Below are positions 1 through 11,694 of a stretch of DNA of 64,000 bases, in pieces. The number at the start of each line of letters is the position of its first letter. The first letter of the stretch is position 1. The position numbers and the translations under genes are program-made. The notes below the pieces were generated by a model that had not been told where the DNA came from, made no database searches, and worked only from the letters and a program-made list of their open reading frames with translations. The stretch spans positions 11,252 to 75,251 of the forward strand of contig VGIC01000004.1 in assembly GCA_016867975.1 (NCBI GenBank), given 5' to 3'. The stretch comes from Betaproteobacteria bacterium. GTDB taxonomy: Bacteria > Pseudomonadota > Gammaproteobacteria > Burkholderiales > Methylophilaceae.

Positions 1-101
1 GCCAAATTGTCAGGAATGGGAGCCCACTCCGCCTCGTCTGCACTTGCAGGCACGACCAATCCCCATAACAAAAAGAACAAAAGCCGTTTGCTGCAACGCA
101 C
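1..101 (-). CDS. 5' part of a probable secreted protein, truncated by the window edge
   Basis: GTG at 101 preceded by GAGGG, 16 nt after the fccB stop. It reads VRCSKRLLFFLLWGLVVPASA-DEAEWAPIPDNL with no stop to the edge (basic N-region, hydrophobic core, ASA cleavage site). Not in the ORF track. Confidence 0.5.
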   Translation of the reverse strand, partial: MRCSKRLLFFLLWGLVVPASADEAEWAPIPDNL

Positions 102-117
102 GTTACACCCTCACTGA

Positions 118-1389
118 TTAAGTAAGCACATCAGACCAAATGTTATTCGCCCAAGACATGGCGTATGCCCCTTCTTGCTCACTTGGTTTTGCTGAAACAC
201 CCCCACCTTCCGTAGGTACCATGATCTTTTTGGCCGCATCATAACGGAATACATTCGCCACATGCATCGCTTGTTTATCATCGACAAAACTGTAACAGGT
301 ATTGGCAAACACTGGCATTGGATCAGGCTCCCCCCCTTGCATGATTTCCACAATCGCACTGGCGCAGATCCGAGCCTGACTGGTGGCCACATGTGCAGAC
401 TTCGGCAATCCAGAAGCCACGCTATCTCCTATCACATGGACAAAAGGAACACGCTTAGATTCATACGTCAGAAAATCCACTTCACACCAAGGATAGTCAG
501 GCTCAAGCAAATCTGCCATTTGCGCTGGCTTTCCTGCACGTTGTGGCGGAATGACATTCAGTACATCCGCCTTAATCTTGTCAAACTCTGTTCGCACTGT
601 GCGAGTGGTCACATCCACACTGAGCACGGCGTGGTCAGGACGGTACTCTACCATTCCGGGATACAACTCTGCCCAGGCTTTCATGAACAAGCCTTTTTTA
701 GAGGTCACCTCCAGGTTAGCATCCAGCACGATCACCTTGCTGTTCGGCTTATGCGCTTTGAAATAACTGGCCACCTGACAGGCGCGCTCATAAGGTCCAG
801 GAGGACAACGATAGGGCGCTTTGGGCACACTCATGACAAACACACCGCCATCTCGCATTGCTTCAAGCTGTTGACGTAGATTCACGGTTTGCCAACCTGC
901 CTTCCAGGCATGAGGGATAAGCTGTTGCACTTTAGGCGATTGCAGCTCGGGTAACTGATCATCACTGAAATCCACCCCAGGTGCCACAATCAAGCGATCG
1001 TAGGTCAACTCCCCTCTGTTCATCTTAACCGTTTTGGATGCCGTATCAATCGCAGTCACTTCATCCTGCACCCATTTTATGCCATGATGCTTCTTGACTA
1101 AATCATAGCCAAAAGTCAGGTCATGGATTGATTTAACGCCCCCCAACACCAAGTTGCTCATCGGACAAGAGACAAATTGGCTCGCCCGCTCGACGACAAC
1201 GACCTCTATTCCGCCCAAACTCCACATGCGCAAATATTTGGCGGCTGTAGTGCCGGCATAGCCACCACCGATGACCACAACCCGCCCCATAGGCGGCTTC
1301 CTCGCCATGGCAAAAGCAACAGATTGAGCCAGCATCAGGCTGGCGGCTGTCACGGTCTTGAGAAAATCACGTCGGTTAGTATTCATCAT
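118..1389 (-). CDS. fccB: Flavocytochrome c sulfide dehydrogenase flavoprotein subunit (FccB/SoxF-like)
   Basis: Tat signal NRRDFLK, GGGYAG FAD-binding motif, CPMSN, CPPGPYER and NTCYS motifs; overlaps the upstream cytochrome gene by ATGA. Confidence 0.9.
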   Translation of the reverse strand: MMNTNRRDFLKTVTAASLMLAQSVAFAMARKPPMGRVVVIGGGYAGTTAAKYLRMWSLGGIEVVVVERASQFVSCPMSNLVLGGVKSIHDLTFGYDLVKKHHGIKWVQDEVTAIDTASKTVKMNRGELTYDRLIVAPGVDFSDDQLPELQSPKVQQLIPHAWKAGWQTVNLRQQLEAMRDGGVFVMSVPKAPYRCPPGPYERACQVASYFKAHKPNSKVIVLDANLEVTSKKGLFMKAWAELYPGMVEYRPDHAVLSVDVTTRTVRTEFDKIKADVLNVIPPQRAGKPAQMADLLEPDYPWCEVDFLTYESKRVPFVHVIGDSVASGLPKSAHVATSQARICASAIVEIMQGGEPDPMPVFANTCYSFVDDKQAMHVANVFRYDAAKKIMVPTEGGGVSAKPSEQEGAYAMSWANNIWSDVLT

Positions 1390-1778
1390 CGTGAGCCCTC
1401 TTTCAGCACTTGAGATTGAGGCGGATAGCGCTTTACCACTTTCTGTTGTGCAAAATGCTGCGCCAGCAGATTGATCTCATCCACGGTCAAACCTTTGGCA
1501 TGATGATGCATCACAGTCGATGTGCGTTTACCAGCTCTATAGTCCATTAAGCGCCCAACGATTAAATTAGGATCCTGACCTGCGAGTGATACCGTTTCCA
1601 TCGGCTTGTTCTCACCGACAGCATTACCTAGTGTGCCATGACACACTGCGCAAGAAGCTGCCAACGTACGAATATGTAATGTATCTCGCTCAGAAAAAAT
1701 AAAATCCTCGGTAGCGTGGCCCACAACAGACCACACCAGCGAGGATATAAGAGCAAAGATTAAGATTGATGCTTTCAT
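1386..1778 (-). CDS. fccA: Monoheme cytochrome c, probable FCSD cytochrome subunit
   Basis: Signal peptide, CAVCH heme motif, distal Met region STVMHHHAKG; translationally coupled to fccB. Confidence 0.8.
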   Translation of the reverse strand: MKASILIFALISSLVWSVVGHATEDFIFSERDTLHIRTLAASCAVCHGTLGNAVGENKPMETVSLAGQDPNLIVGRLMDYRAGKRTSTVMHHHAKGLTVDEINLLAQHFAQQKVVKRYPPQSQVLKEGSR

Positions 1779-1858
1779 GCTTGCATTCCCAGCATACTCA
1801 AGGGCACCATTCTAGAATATTTTTAACAGTCTCCTGTGACTTAAGTCACGCTTTGATG

Positions 1859-2350
1859 CTAGAAACACTTTTCATCAGAACAGCCGTCGTCCTTTACGCC
1901 CATTGAAAGTAACAGGTCAACGATCTTGGTATTCCCCTCATCGCGCATAAATCGCACGATGCTGACATCTCCTCGCATTTTTTTGTTCATATCGGCACCT
2001 TTCTCTGCCAAATATTTCATCATCGCTTCATTGCCGAAATAAGCTGCGTGCATAAAAGCCGTCCATTTATTGATTGGGTGAACATAATTGACATTGCCAC
2101 CCTTTTCAGCGAAATATTTCACCAACTCAAGATTGTTCTTCGCCGAAGCCATTAGAACAGGTGTCCAGCCAACAAAGTTGTAGTCAATATTCATACCGCC
2201 TTCCACATACTTTTTCACAACTTTCATATTATTTTCACTGACCGCACCAGTGAATTCCATGTACTCATCATCGGTCAGGGCTTGAGCCGCCATAGCATTG
2301 AATGAAAAACTTAACACCACTGTCGCCAAAACTACTTGTAAAAATTTCAT
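1859..2350 (-). CDS. Secreted ankyrin-repeat protein
   Basis: Signal peptide (FNAMA-A); ankyrin repeats GWTPVLMAS..NNLELVKYF and KWTAFMHAAYFGNEAMMKYL. Confidence 0.85.
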   Translation of the reverse strand: MKFLQVVLATVVLSFSFNAMAAQALTDDEYMEFTGAVSENNMKVVKKYVEGGMNIDYNFVGWTPVLMASAKNNLELVKYFAEKGGNVNYVHPINKWTAFMHAAYFGNEAMMKYLAEKGADMNKKMRGDVSIVRFMRDEGNTKIVDLLLSMGVKDDGCSDEKCF

Positions 2351-2400
2351 GTTCTTTATTCTCCAAAGTCTTTTGATTAAGATCTTAAATTACAACGCTA

Positions 2401-5400
2401 CTACCCTATAAACTTCCTTGCATTACGGAACATCCGCATCCAGGCAGCGTCTTCCGCATCACCACTACGCTGCCAAGTGTTCTGTACATTGCGAATCACA
2501 CGTTCTGGATGAGGCATCATAATGCTGAAACGCCCATCCGTACTTGTCAAGCCTGTCACTCCTTGTGGCGAGCCATTCGGATTGAAAGGGTATGACTCAG
2601 TCGGATTTGAGGCATTATCAATGAAACGCATGGTCACTAACTTCTTATCCAGCAATCCATTGACTGCATCTGGCTGAGGAAACTCCGCAAATCCTTCGCC
2701 ATGGGCAACCGCAATCGGCATCCGACTGCCTGCCATCCCATTCAAGAATAAGGATGGAGACTCCAGCACCTCAACCATGCTCAAACGAGCCTCGAACTGC
2801 TCTGACTTGTTACGCACAAAATGTGGCCAATGCGCTGCGCCTGGAATCAGCTCACGCAGATTGCTCATCATCTGACAACCATTACACACGCCAAGCGCAA
2901 AACTGTCCTGGCGATTGAAGAATGCCGAGAACTCATCCAATGCACGCGCATTGAACAAGATTGACTTAGCCCAGCCCTCACCAGCACCCAGCACATCACC
3001 ATAAGAGAAACCACCACAAGCGACAAAACCAGCAAACTCTTTCAGTGAAACTCGACCCGTGATGATATCACTCATGTGTACATCATAAGTGGCAAAACCA
3101 GCACGATCGAACGCAGCCGCCATCTCGACATGCCCATTCACGCCCTGCTCACGCAGAATCGCCATTTTTGGACGTGCGCCAGTAGCAAGATATGGTGCGG
3201 CTATATCTTCACCTGGATTGAACGTGAGTTCTGCAAACAAACCTCGGTCAGCGTCATTGAGTAGCCTGTCGTACTCCTGCTGCGCACTGACAGGATTGTC
3301 ACGTAATTTTTGCATCTGATAAGTCGTTTCAGACCACATACGATGCAAGTTGACTCTAGTTTCGGTAAACACCACGTTCCCATGTTGCTTGATCTCAATT
3401 TGATCAGTGTCACTCACCTCACCAATCACGTGGGCCAAGCCATTAAACCGGGCAACAATCGCCTCAGCATCAGCGGCTAATACTTGAATCACCGCACCGA
3501 GTTCTTCGTTATAAAGCACTTCCACCACATGACTCGCCAGCGAAGACACATCCACACTGATCCCGCAATGTCCAGCAAAGGCCATTTCAACAAGCGTAGT
3601 GAATAAGCCACCGTCTGAACGATCATGGTAAGCCAAAATCTTGCCTGACTTATTCAACTGCTGAATGGTGTTAAAGAAATGTTTAAGCTGATTTGCATCA
3701 TCAACATCTGGCGCCACATCGCCCACTTCGGCATACACCTGCGCTAGGCTTGAGCCACCCATGCGATTTTTACCCGCCCCCAAATCAATCAGAATCAACT
3801 TGCTTGCGACCTTGGTCTGCAACTGTGGCGTAAGTGTTTTGCGTGCGTCTGGTGTGGCAGCAAATGCCGTGACTACCAATGAGATTGGCGAGGTTACGGC
3901 TTTGCTCTGCCCAGCCTCATTCCATACACTCTTCATACTCATCGAGTCTTTACCTACAGGGATACTAATTCCCAATTGCGGGCATAGTTCCATGCCCACC
4001 GCCTTGACGGTGGCATATAAAGCAGCGTCTTCGCCAGCATGACCAGCAGGGGCCATCCAGTTGGCGGACAGTTTCAAATCACTGAGGTCATCAATCAATG
4101 ACGCGGCAATATTGGTAATTGATTCGCCAATCGCCATGCGACCTGAAGCTGGCGCATTGATCAACGCTAAAGGCGCCTTCTCACCGATGGTAAATGCTTC
4201 GCCACGGTAAGTTTCAAACCCTGCCAACGTGACCGCAACATCCGCCACTGGCACCTGCCATGGCCCCACCATCTGTTCACGCGCCACCATCCCAGTCACC
4301 GAACGGTCACCGATGGTAATCAAGAAAGTCTTGTCAGCGACACCCGGCAATCTTAATACGCGGGCAGCCGCATCTTTCAAATCAACTTTACTGGCATCAA
4401 ATGGACGCAACTCTTTAGCAACACTCTTTACATCACGCGTCATTTTGGGTGGTTTACCCAACAACACCGATAAATCCATATCGACTGGCTTGTTATCAAA
4501 GTGGCTGTCTGCCACCGTTAAATGACGTTCAGCCGTTGCATAACCGACAACCGCATACGGACAACGCTCGCGCTCACAAATCGCTTTGAAGCGTGGCAAA
4601 TCCTCCTGCGCAATCGCCATGACATAACGCTCTTGCGCCTCATTGCTCCACAACTCACGTGGTGACATACCTGGCTCTTCATTATTAACATCGCGTAATT
4701 GGAACATCGCGCCAACACCCGCATCATTCACCAACTCAGGAAATGCATTTGAAATCCCGCCAGCACCCACATCGTGAATACTTAAAATTGGGTTGTCTTC
4801 ACCCAACTGCCAGCAGCGGTCAATGACCTCTTGCGCACGACGCTCCAGCTCTGGGTTGCCACGTTGAACAGAATCAAAATCAAGATTCTCGACGTTACTG
4901 CCAGTATCCATGCTCGATGCAGCACCTCCGCCCAAACCGATTAACATCGCCGGACCACCTAGCTGGATCAGCGCGGCACCAGCTGGAATTGGATTCTTCT
5001 TAGAATGTTGTGCCGAGATGTTACCGATACCTCCCGCCAGCATGATGGGTTTGTGATAACCGCGCATCTCATGGCTCGATTCCACTTCCAGCGTACGGAA
5101 ATATCCAGCGATATTAGGACGCCCAAACTCATTGTTATAAGCTGCGCCACCTAAAGGCCCATCCACCATAATCTGCAACGGAGAAGCAATACGGCTAGGC
5201 TTGCCGTAAGCATTGACTTCCCAAGGTTGGGTAAAATCAGGAATATTCAAGTTGGAGACTGAAAAACCCGTCAATCCTGCCTTAGGCTTAGAACCGCTAC
5301 CAGTGGCTCCCTCATCACGAATCTCACCCCCTGCACCTGTTGCAGCGCCCGCGAATGGAGAGATAGCAGTGGGGTGATTATGCGTTTCCACCTTCATCAG

Positions 5401-6282
5401 GAAGTGCATTTCCTCTTCCACAAAACGATAAGCACCCTGCTCACCTGGATAGAAGCGTTTAGTCTTCTCTCCTGCCTGCTGACCTGCCACGATAGAGGCA
5501 TTATCTGAATAGGCCACGACGGTATTACCTGGATTAAGCTTATGCGTATTGCGTATCATGCCAAACAGCGACATTTCTTGCTGCACACCATCAATCACCC
5601 AATCCGCATTGAAAATCTTATGCCGGCAATGCTCAGAGTTGGCTTGAGCAAACATCATCAACTCGACATCAGTAGGGTTACGTTGCATCTTCGTATAATT
5701 ATCGAACAGATAATCCACCTCATCCTCAGACAATGCCAGCCCCATTTCACTGTTTGCCTGTTTAAGCGCACCCTTGCCGCCCCCTAGAGTGTCCACCGTA
5801 CTAAGAGGCTTTGGTGTGTCAGCATGGTAAAGCTTGGCGGCCTGTCCCATCTCAGAGAATACAGACTCCGTCATGCGATCATGAATCAAGGGAAGTAATT
5901 GCTGACGCTCATCCGCAGTTAAGGGTTGCCCATTCTTAGTTTGAACATAGTAAGCAATACCACGCTCTACTCGCTGAATCTCAGGCAAGCCGCAATGCTG
6001 TACGATATCTGTCGCACGGGAAGCCCACGGAGAAATCGTCCCTACACGTGGCAATACCAAGACGAGTTCACCTTTGGCATCTTCCTCCTGCATGGTCGGA
6101 CCATAGGTCAAAATTTGACGTAAAGTATACGCCTGCTCGTCCGTCAACACCCCATTTACCCAGCAGAAATGCCAGAACTCCGCATACAGATGACCAATAT
6201 TAGGGCACTTCGCATTAAGCGTGGATTGGATCTTATCAATGCGAAATTGTGACAAAGCTACACTGCCACGTAGACGCATCAT
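2401..6282 (-). CDS. purL: Phosphoribosylformylglycinamidine synthase (large form)
   Basis: [28 protein letters not shown] glutaminase Cys and MMPHPER motifs; start placed at MMRLRG (the ORF track extends to 6324). Confidence 0.98.
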   Translation of the reverse strand: MMRLRGSVALSQFRIDKIQSTLNAKCPNIGHLYAEFWHFCWVNGVLTDEQAYTLRQILTYGPTMQEEDAKGELVLVLPRVGTISPWASRATDIVQHCGLPEIQRVERGIAYYVQTKNGQPLTADERQQLLPLIHDRMTESVFSEMGQAAKLYHADTPKPLSTVDTLGGGKGALKQANSEMGLALSEDEVDYLFDNYTKMQRNPTDVELMMFAQANSEHCRHKIFNADWVIDGVQQEMSLFGMIRNTHKLNPGNTVVAYSDNASIVAGQQAGEKTKRFYPGEQGAYRFVEEEMHFLMKVETHNHPTAISPFAGAATGAGGEIRDEGATGSGSKPKAGLTGFSVSNLNIPDFTQPWEVNAYGKPSRIASPLQIMVDGPLGGAAYNNEFGRPNIAGYFRTLEVESSHEMRGYHKPIMLAGGIGNISAQHSKKNPIPAGAALIQLGGPAMLIGLGGGAASSMDTGSNVENLDFDSVQRGNPELERRAQEVIDRCWQLGEDNPILSIHDVGAGGISNAFPELVNDAGVGAMFQLRDVNNEEPGMSPRELWSNEAQERYVMAIAQEDLPRFKAICERERCPYAVVGYATAERHLTVADSHFDNKPVDMDLSVLLGKPPKMTRDVKSVAKELRPFDASKVDLKDAAARVLRLPGVADKTFLITIGDRSVTGMVAREQMVGPWQVPVADVAVTLAGFETYRGEAFTIGEKAPLALINAPASGRMAIGESITNIAASLIDDLSDLKLSANWMAPAGHAGEDAALYATVKAVGMELCPQLGISIPVGKDSMSMKSVWNEAGQSKAVTSPISLVVTAFAATPDARKTLTPQLQTKVASKLILIDLGAGKNRMGGSSLAQVYAEVGDVAPDVDDANQLKHFFNTIQQLNKSGKILAYHDRSDGGLFTTLVEMAFAGHCGISVDVSSLASHVVEVLYNEELGAVIQVLAADAEAIVARFNGLAHVIGEVSDTDQIEIKQHGNVVFTETRVNLHRMWSETTYQMQKLRDNPVSAQQEYDRLLNDADRGLFAELTFNPGEDIAAPYLATGARPKMAILREQGVNGHVEMAAAFDRAGFATYDVHMSDIITGRVSLKEFAGFVACGGFSYGDVLGAGEGWAKSILFNARALDEFSAFFNRQDSFALGVCNGCQMMSNLRELIPGAAHWPHFVRNKSEQFEARLSMVEVLESPSLFLNGMAGSRMPIAVAHGEGFAEFPQPDAVNGLLDKKLVTMRFIDNASNPTESYPFNPNGSPQGVTGLTSTDGRFSIMMPHPERVIRNVQNTWQRSGDAEDAAWMRMFRNARKFIG

Positions 6283-6350
6283 TTCAAGGGTAGAATTAAA
6301 CGGACTCATGTGAACTAAAACCAAGACAAGAGAAGTAGATGTAAGATGAA

Positions 6351-6375
6351 AGGTGAATTCTAACAGAATTCACCT
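6351..6375. repeat. Perfect 10-bp inverted repeat upstream of purL (hairpin or operator)
   Basis: AGGTGAATTC-taaca-GAATTCACCT. Confidence 0.5.
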
Positions 6376-6632
6376 CATGCAAACTTTCCATCCGCAACTT
6401 TGCTCCATCCAAATGCTAAAAGGTCTTTGCAAGTTTGTTATATTGCTGCACAACGCATCATTTCTACCTGTCGAAATCGCTTTTAGCAGGCGACCAGCGA
6501 AGCCGATGCTCGCAAAAAAATGTATTGACAGTAGCACTCTTAACTCAAACACGAATTGTTAAGTACATCACAACTCGAATTTAAATTAAGCTTTAGGGCC
6601 ACCTGACTAATCAAGGGGTATGGTATCGCTAT

Positions 6633-9155
6633 TTATTTCTTGGCTTTACCTTTAACGTTTGAAGCCACATGCCAAATATTATTTGCATAATCGGCAATCG
6701 CACGGTCGCTCGAGAATTTAGCCATATTCGCCACGTTCAAGATCGCCATACGCGTCCACCCATCCTGATTCTGATACAGTGCACCTACCCTGTCCTGCGT
6801 ATCGATATAGCTGGCGTAGTCAGCCAATAGTAGGTATTGGTCATTATTCAGCAAGTTATCAACAATCGCCTGATAACGACTTGGCTCATCAATCGAGAAG
6901 TGGCCATTTGCGATCATATCAATCACCTGTTTCAATTCCGGATTGTTGTCATAGTAGTCACGAGGGCGATAACCATTTGCCTTAACCTCAGCAACTTCAG
7001 GCGTAGTTAAGCCAAAAATAAAGATATTTTCATCCCCCACTTCTTCCATAATCTCGACGTTAGCGCCATCAAGCGTGCCAATTGTCAACGCGCCATTCAA
7101 AGCCATTTTCATGTTACCGGTGCCACTTGCCTCGGTACCTGCAGTTGAAATCTGCTCAGACAGATCACTGCCTGGGAATAGGATTTCAGCGGCTGAAACC
7201 TCATAGTTCGGGTAGTACACTACTTTAAGTTGATCACCGATCGCCACATCTTCATTGACGATGACCGCAACATCATTGATCAACCGAATGATTTGCTTCG
7301 CCATCCAGTACCCTGGCGCCGCCTTACCACCAAAGATCACCGTGCGTGGCGTAATGTTTTTCTCGCCATTTTTGATCCGGTTATACAAGGTGATGACATG
7401 CAACACATTCAACAACTGACGCTTATACTCATGGATACGCTTGATCTGCACGTCAAACAGACTGTCGACGTTCAATTTCACCCCTGTTTTTTCTAGAATC
7501 TTAGCGGCCAGTCGTGCCTTGTTGGCTTTTTTGACTTGTGAAAACGCCTTTCTGAAGTCGGCATCATCCGCCAATGGCACGATCTTCTTGATAAGTTTAA
7601 GATCTTTCTTAAACTCAGGACCAATAGCCTTCTCAATCAGGGCAGTTAAATTAGGGTTAGCTTGATTAAGCCAACGGCGTGGCGTAATGCCGTTCGTCAC
7701 ATTGGTCATCTTGCCTGGATAGATACGGTCAAAATCTGCGAACAGCGTCTTTTTCAGCAACTCACTGTGCAGCTCGGCTACACCATTCACGGTGTGACTA
7801 CCTACCACGGCCAAGTGCGCCATGCGCACACGACGACCATGCGTTTCATCAATGATAGAAACACGCTTTAACAGATCTGCATCGCCAGGAAAGTGGTGGT
7901 TCACCATATGTAGAAACTCATGGTTAATCTTGTAGATAATTTCCAAATGACGTGGTAACAGGCGGCCAAACAGATCAACAGACCATGTTTCCAACGCTTC
8001 CGGCATCAATGTGTGGTTGGTATACGCAAAAATCTTGCCTACCAATCCCCATGCAAAATCCCATGGTAGCCCGTGCTCATCAACTAGTTGATACATCATT
8101 TCCGCAACGCCAATCGCCGGATGGGTATCATTTAATTGAATCGCAATTTTCTCAGGTAACAACTTCCAGTCTTCTTGTGTCTTAATCGAATGCGCACTTA
8201 AGAAGCGACGAAGAATGTCTTGAATAGAGGCTGAAACAAAGAAATATTGCTGTTTTAGACGTAACTCTTTACCCAACACAGAAGAGTCGTTCGGGTATAG
8301 CACTTTTGAAATACTTTCTGTGCGGTTACGCTCTTCAACTGACTTTTCATAGTTACCATCATTGAAGTGCCACAAATCAAATTCACGCGCCGCTTTTGCT
8401 GACCATAAGCGCAATGTATTTACGGTATCGGTACCATAACCAGGCACCGGCACATCGTATGCAGTTGCCACAACATGTTCTGCATCGACCCAACGCTGAC
8501 CTTCACCTTGGTCTGCCGAATACCTCAGAACATCTCCATAGAACTTAATGACGTATGTAGACTCTGGCCGCTGGAATTCCCAGACATTGCCATAGCGCAG
8601 CCAGTTATCCGGATTCTCGATCTGCTGCCCCCCCTCGATACTCTGCCTGAACATGCCATACTCATAGCGGATACCGTAGCCTGAAGCCGGAATGTCCAAG
8701 GTAGCCATAGAATCAAGAAAACAAGCAGCCAACCTGCCTAAGCCCCCATTGCCTAAGGCCGCATCCGTTTCCATTTCCACAGTAGTTTCCAGATTGCGTT
8801 CCAAATCAGTCAAACCATCTCTTAATTCCTCATTGATGCCCAAATTAAGTGCAGCATTGCTCAACATGCGCCCAATTAGGAACTCAAGCGACAAATAATA
8901 AACACGCTTCGGGTCTTCCAGATAGTAAGATTCCGTAGTTTTGATCCACCGCTCAACCACATGGTCGCGCACGGTGTAACTCGCCGCGTCGTACCAATCG
9001 CGTGGCGTTGCTGCTGCGTCAGTCTTGAAAGTTGAGTAGATCAGATGATTATGCAAAGCCTGCTTGATCGGCAATAGCTTTGGCACAGAAGCAACTTTAG
9101 CCCTCACTGCTCTTTTAGGTTTTGCTTTTGGGGCTTCTTGCATTTTCATATTCAT
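6633..9155 (-). CDS. glgP: Glycogen/alpha-glucan phosphorylase
   Basis: LGNGGLGRLAACF, QLNDTHP, KRIHEYKRQ and EASGTGNMK (PLP lysine) motifs. Confidence 0.97.
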   Translation of the reverse strand: MNMKMQEAPKAKPKRAVRAKVASVPKLLPIKQALHNHLIYSTFKTDAAATPRDWYDAASYTVRDHVVERWIKTTESYYLEDPKRVYYLSLEFLIGRMLSNAALNLGINEELRDGLTDLERNLETTVEMETDAALGNGGLGRLAACFLDSMATLDIPASGYGIRYEYGMFRQSIEGGQQIENPDNWLRYGNVWEFQRPESTYVIKFYGDVLRYSADQGEGQRWVDAEHVVATAYDVPVPGYGTDTVNTLRLWSAKAAREFDLWHFNDGNYEKSVEERNRTESISKVLYPNDSSVLGKELRLKQQYFFVSASIQDILRRFLSAHSIKTQEDWKLLPEKIAIQLNDTHPAIGVAEMMYQLVDEHGLPWDFAWGLVGKIFAYTNHTLMPEALETWSVDLFGRLLPRHLEIIYKINHEFLHMVNHHFPGDADLLKRVSIIDETHGRRVRMAHLAVVGSHTVNGVAELHSELLKKTLFADFDRIYPGKMTNVTNGITPRRWLNQANPNLTALIEKAIGPEFKKDLKLIKKIVPLADDADFRKAFSQVKKANKARLAAKILEKTGVKLNVDSLFDVQIKRIHEYKRQLLNVLHVITLYNRIKNGEKNITPRTVIFGGKAAPGYWMAKQIIRLINDVAVIVNEDVAIGDQLKVVYYPNYEVSAAEILFPGSDLSEQISTAGTEASGTGNMKMALNGALTIGTLDGANVEIMEEVGDENIFIFGLTTPEVAEVKANGYRPRDYYDNNPELKQVIDMIANGHFSIDEPSRYQAIVDNLLNNDQYLLLADYASYIDTQDRVGALYQNQDGWTRMAILNVANMAKFSSDRAIADYANNIWHVASNVKGKAKK

Positions 9156-9260
9156 GACTCTTTAAACTGATTAATAATGGCGTGATTTTAGCAAAAATTA
9201 CGCCAACTTTTTGACTACGCGATTGAAAGTTACAATTGATAATATCTATACAAGATTCTC

Positions 9261-9302
9261 AAAAAACACAAAGCCGATCAGTCATCACCGAGCGGCTTTG
9301 TG
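9261..9302 (-). terminator. Intrinsic terminator after htpG
   Basis: CACAAAGCCG/CGGCTTTGTG stem followed by a U-tract on the minus strand. Confidence 0.75.
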
Positions 9303-9362
9303 CTGCCTGTAGGCTTAACTCCAAAAACCGCAGATTCAACGTATTTAACTGCGGCTTCTAGG

Positions 9363-11249
9363 TTAGCTAATCAAACTATTCATCCGCTTAACAAAACTGG
9401 CAGGATCTTCCAAAGTACCGCCTTCGGCCAATAAAGCTTGATCAAACAGCACATGCGCCAAATCACCAAACAAGGATTCAACCGCCTCGCTCTCTAGACG
9501 CTTCACCAACTTATGGGTTGGATTCACCTCAAGAATCGGTTTGGTTTCAGGCATCTTCTGCCCGGCAGCCTTCAACATGCGCGCCAGATTACCAGACAAC
9601 TCATGCGCATCACTCACCAGACATGCAGGAGAGTCGGTCAGGCGATGGGTCACGCGCACATCTTTAACTTGATCACCCAAGCTTTGCTTGATGCGCTCAA
9701 CTAGGGACTTGGAATCTTCTTCAATTTTCTTTTGGATCTCTTTCTCAGTATCTGATTCCAGTTTACCCAAATCCAAATCACCCTTGGCGATAGACTGTAG
9801 TTTCTTGCCCTCAAACTCGGTTAAACTACCCAGTAACCACTCATCCACACGGTCAGACATCAGCAACACTTCGATGCCTTTCTTGCGGAAGATCTCCAAA
9901 TGCGGACTATGTTGTGCGGCGGCAAAGCTATCTGCCGTGATGTAATAGATAACGTCCTGTTCAGACTGCATGCGCGAGATGTAGTCCTTCAATGACACTT
10001 CTTGCGCATCCGTATCGGCCTTGGTCGAGGCAAAGCGTAACAAACCAGCGATCTTTTCTTTATTCGCAAAATCTTCACCCGGACCCTCCTTCAATACCCG
10101 ACCAAACTCTTGATAGAATTTTGTATAGTCTTCCGGTTTATTTTCTGCCATATCTTCCAGCAGCCCCAACACCTTTTTCACAGAACCCGCCTTGATGGCT
10201 TCAACATCACGGCTAGATTGCAGAATCTCGCGTGACACATTGAGTGGCAAATCTGCTGTATCAATCACCCCACGCACGAAACGCAGATATTGCGGCATCA
10301 ATTTTTCTGCGTCTTCCATAATGAATACGCGCTTCACATACAGTTTGATGCCATGACGACGCTCACGATCATACAAATCAAACGGCGCACGACTTGGAAT
10401 ATAGAGCAGAGAAATATATTCCTGCTTCCCCTCGACACGACTATGGGTATGGGCGAGCGGATTTTCGAAATCATGTGATACGTGCTTATAAAACTCCTGA
10501 TACTCCTCTTCGGTAATGTCGTTTTTATTGCGAGCCCACAAGGCAGAAGCCTTATTCACTGTCTCATCTTCATCCGTAGGCACTTCTGCGCCATCTTTCC
10601 ACTCCGACTTCTTCATCACGATCGGCAAGGTGATATGGTCTGAAAATTTACGGATGATGGTTTTCAATTTCCAATCACTCAGAAACTCGTCTTCACCATC
10701 ACGCAGATGCAACACAATGTCTGTACCGCGAGCCGACTTCTCTACGGTTTCGATCGTGTAATCGCCCTCCCCGGCAGACTCCCAGCGCACAGCCTCTTGG
10801 GTGCCAGCACGACGCGTTGTTAGGGTAACTTTGTTGGCAATAATGAATGCTGAGTAGAACCCTACCCCAAACTGCCCAATCAAGTTCGCATCTTTTGCCT
10901 GATCACCCGTTAGCGCATTGAAGAACTCTTTTGTGCCAGATTTTGCAATGGTACCAATATGCGAAATCACCTCATCGCGGCTCATTCCGATCCCATTGTC
11001 TGAAATCGTCACGGTGCGTGCCGCTTTGTCATAAGCAATACGAATCTTTAATTCACTGTCGTTTTCATACAATGCGCCATTAGCGAGCGCTTCGAAACGC
11101 AACTTATCGGCAGCATCCGACGCATTAGAAATCAACTCACGCAATACGATCTCTTTGTTGCTGTATAACGAGTGAATCATCAATTGCAACAACTGCTTGA
11201 CTTCGGCCTGAAAAGCCATCGATTGTTTTTGTGCTGTCTCTACAGACAT
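9363..11249 (-). CDS. htpG: Hsp90-family chaperone HtpG
   Basis: [21 protein letters not shown] and LPLNVSRE motifs. Confidence 0.98.
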   Translation of the reverse strand: MSVETAQKQSMAFQAEVKQLLQLMIHSLYSNKEIVLRELISNASDAADKLRFEALANGALYENDSELKIRIAYDKAARTVTISDNGIGMSRDEVISHIGTIAKSGTKEFFNALTGDQAKDANLIGQFGVGFYSAFIIANKVTLTTRRAGTQEAVRWESAGEGDYTIETVEKSARGTDIVLHLRDGEDEFLSDWKLKTIIRKFSDHITLPIVMKKSEWKDGAEVPTDEDETVNKASALWARNKNDITEEEYQEFYKHVSHDFENPLAHTHSRVEGKQEYISLLYIPSRAPFDLYDRERRHGIKLYVKRVFIMEDAEKLMPQYLRFVRGVIDTADLPLNVSREILQSSRDVEAIKAGSVKKVLGLLEDMAENKPEDYTKFYQEFGRVLKEGPGEDFANKEKIAGLLRFASTKADTDAQEVSLKDYISRMQSEQDVIYYITADSFAAAQHSPHLEIFRKKGIEVLLMSDRVDEWLLGSLTEFEGKKLQSIAKGDLDLGKLESDTEKEIQKKIEEDSKSLVERIKQSLGDQVKDVRVTHRLTDSPACLVSDAHELSGNLARMLKAAGQKMPETKPILEVNPTHKLVKRLESEAVESLFGDLAHVLFDQALLAEGGTLEDPASFVKRMNSLIS

Positions 11250-11291
11250 AGATTTCGCTCCTGAAAGTTTAAGAAATAAACGATGGAGCTT

Positions 11292-11320
11292 AATTGGGGA
11301 TCGCCCGTCCGTTTTTCAAG
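11292..11320 (-). promoter_or_regulatory. Sigma-32 (RpoH) promoter of htpG
   Basis: Minus strand CTTGAAA-14 nt-CCCCAATT, matching the RpoH consensus CTTGAAA/CCCCATNT. Confidence 0.8.
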
Positions 11321-11641
11321 TGGGGCATTCTGAAATAAAAGACTTCACGGAAAAAAGGTGTTCGATCGCCTGCTATCCAATCTCTATCCATCCGACAGCA
11401 AGCTCTTGATGTTACAAATGGCGCATCCACAAACCTAAAAAAAAGCAGTTAAAAAGCAAGTTAGAAGCCTAAACCACGTCCAGCAAGGCAACACCCTCAC
11501 CCTGCCCATCTATCTCAGGGAGAGTGACCGTGGATGACCCAGCCATTGGTTTTCCCGTGGAATATACACAATAATCTTATCAACAAAGAAGTGTAATATG
11601 TATTGGCGGGAGACAACACCTTGTATCAGGGAATGAATTGA

Positions 11642-11669
11642 CATATTATATAACTATATAGTTATTTAG
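11642..11669 (+). promoter_or_regulatory. AT-rich operator-like site upstream of ccoG
   Basis: Contains the perfect 16-bp palindrome ATAACTATATAGTTAT (11650-11665); 23/28 identical to 24128-24155. Confidence 0.55.
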
Positions 11670-11694
11670 AGTTATAACACTAAGGGGTGGTTAC

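Noticed and set aside
6418-6432. AAAGGTCTTTGCAAG resembling the GAGACCTTTGCA end
   Set aside because: Mismatched in the conserved terminal bases and has no partner end; probably chance.
6325-6632. Possible purine/ZTP riboswitch upstream of purL
   Set aside because: Consensus elements could not be matched; only one simple inverted repeat is present.
9178-9205. 12-bp imperfect inverted repeat upstream of glgP
   Set aside because: Could be an operator or leader hairpin, but it matches no motif I recognise and has no second copy.
11493-11527. Degenerate CCCTCACCC...GGGAGAG repeat-like sequence
   Set aside because: Single, poorly paired copy in the window; cannot be supported as an element.
11560-11640. 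FNR box upstream of ccoG
   Set aside because: Only a half-site (ATCAA) is present; no TTGAT-N4-ATCAA.
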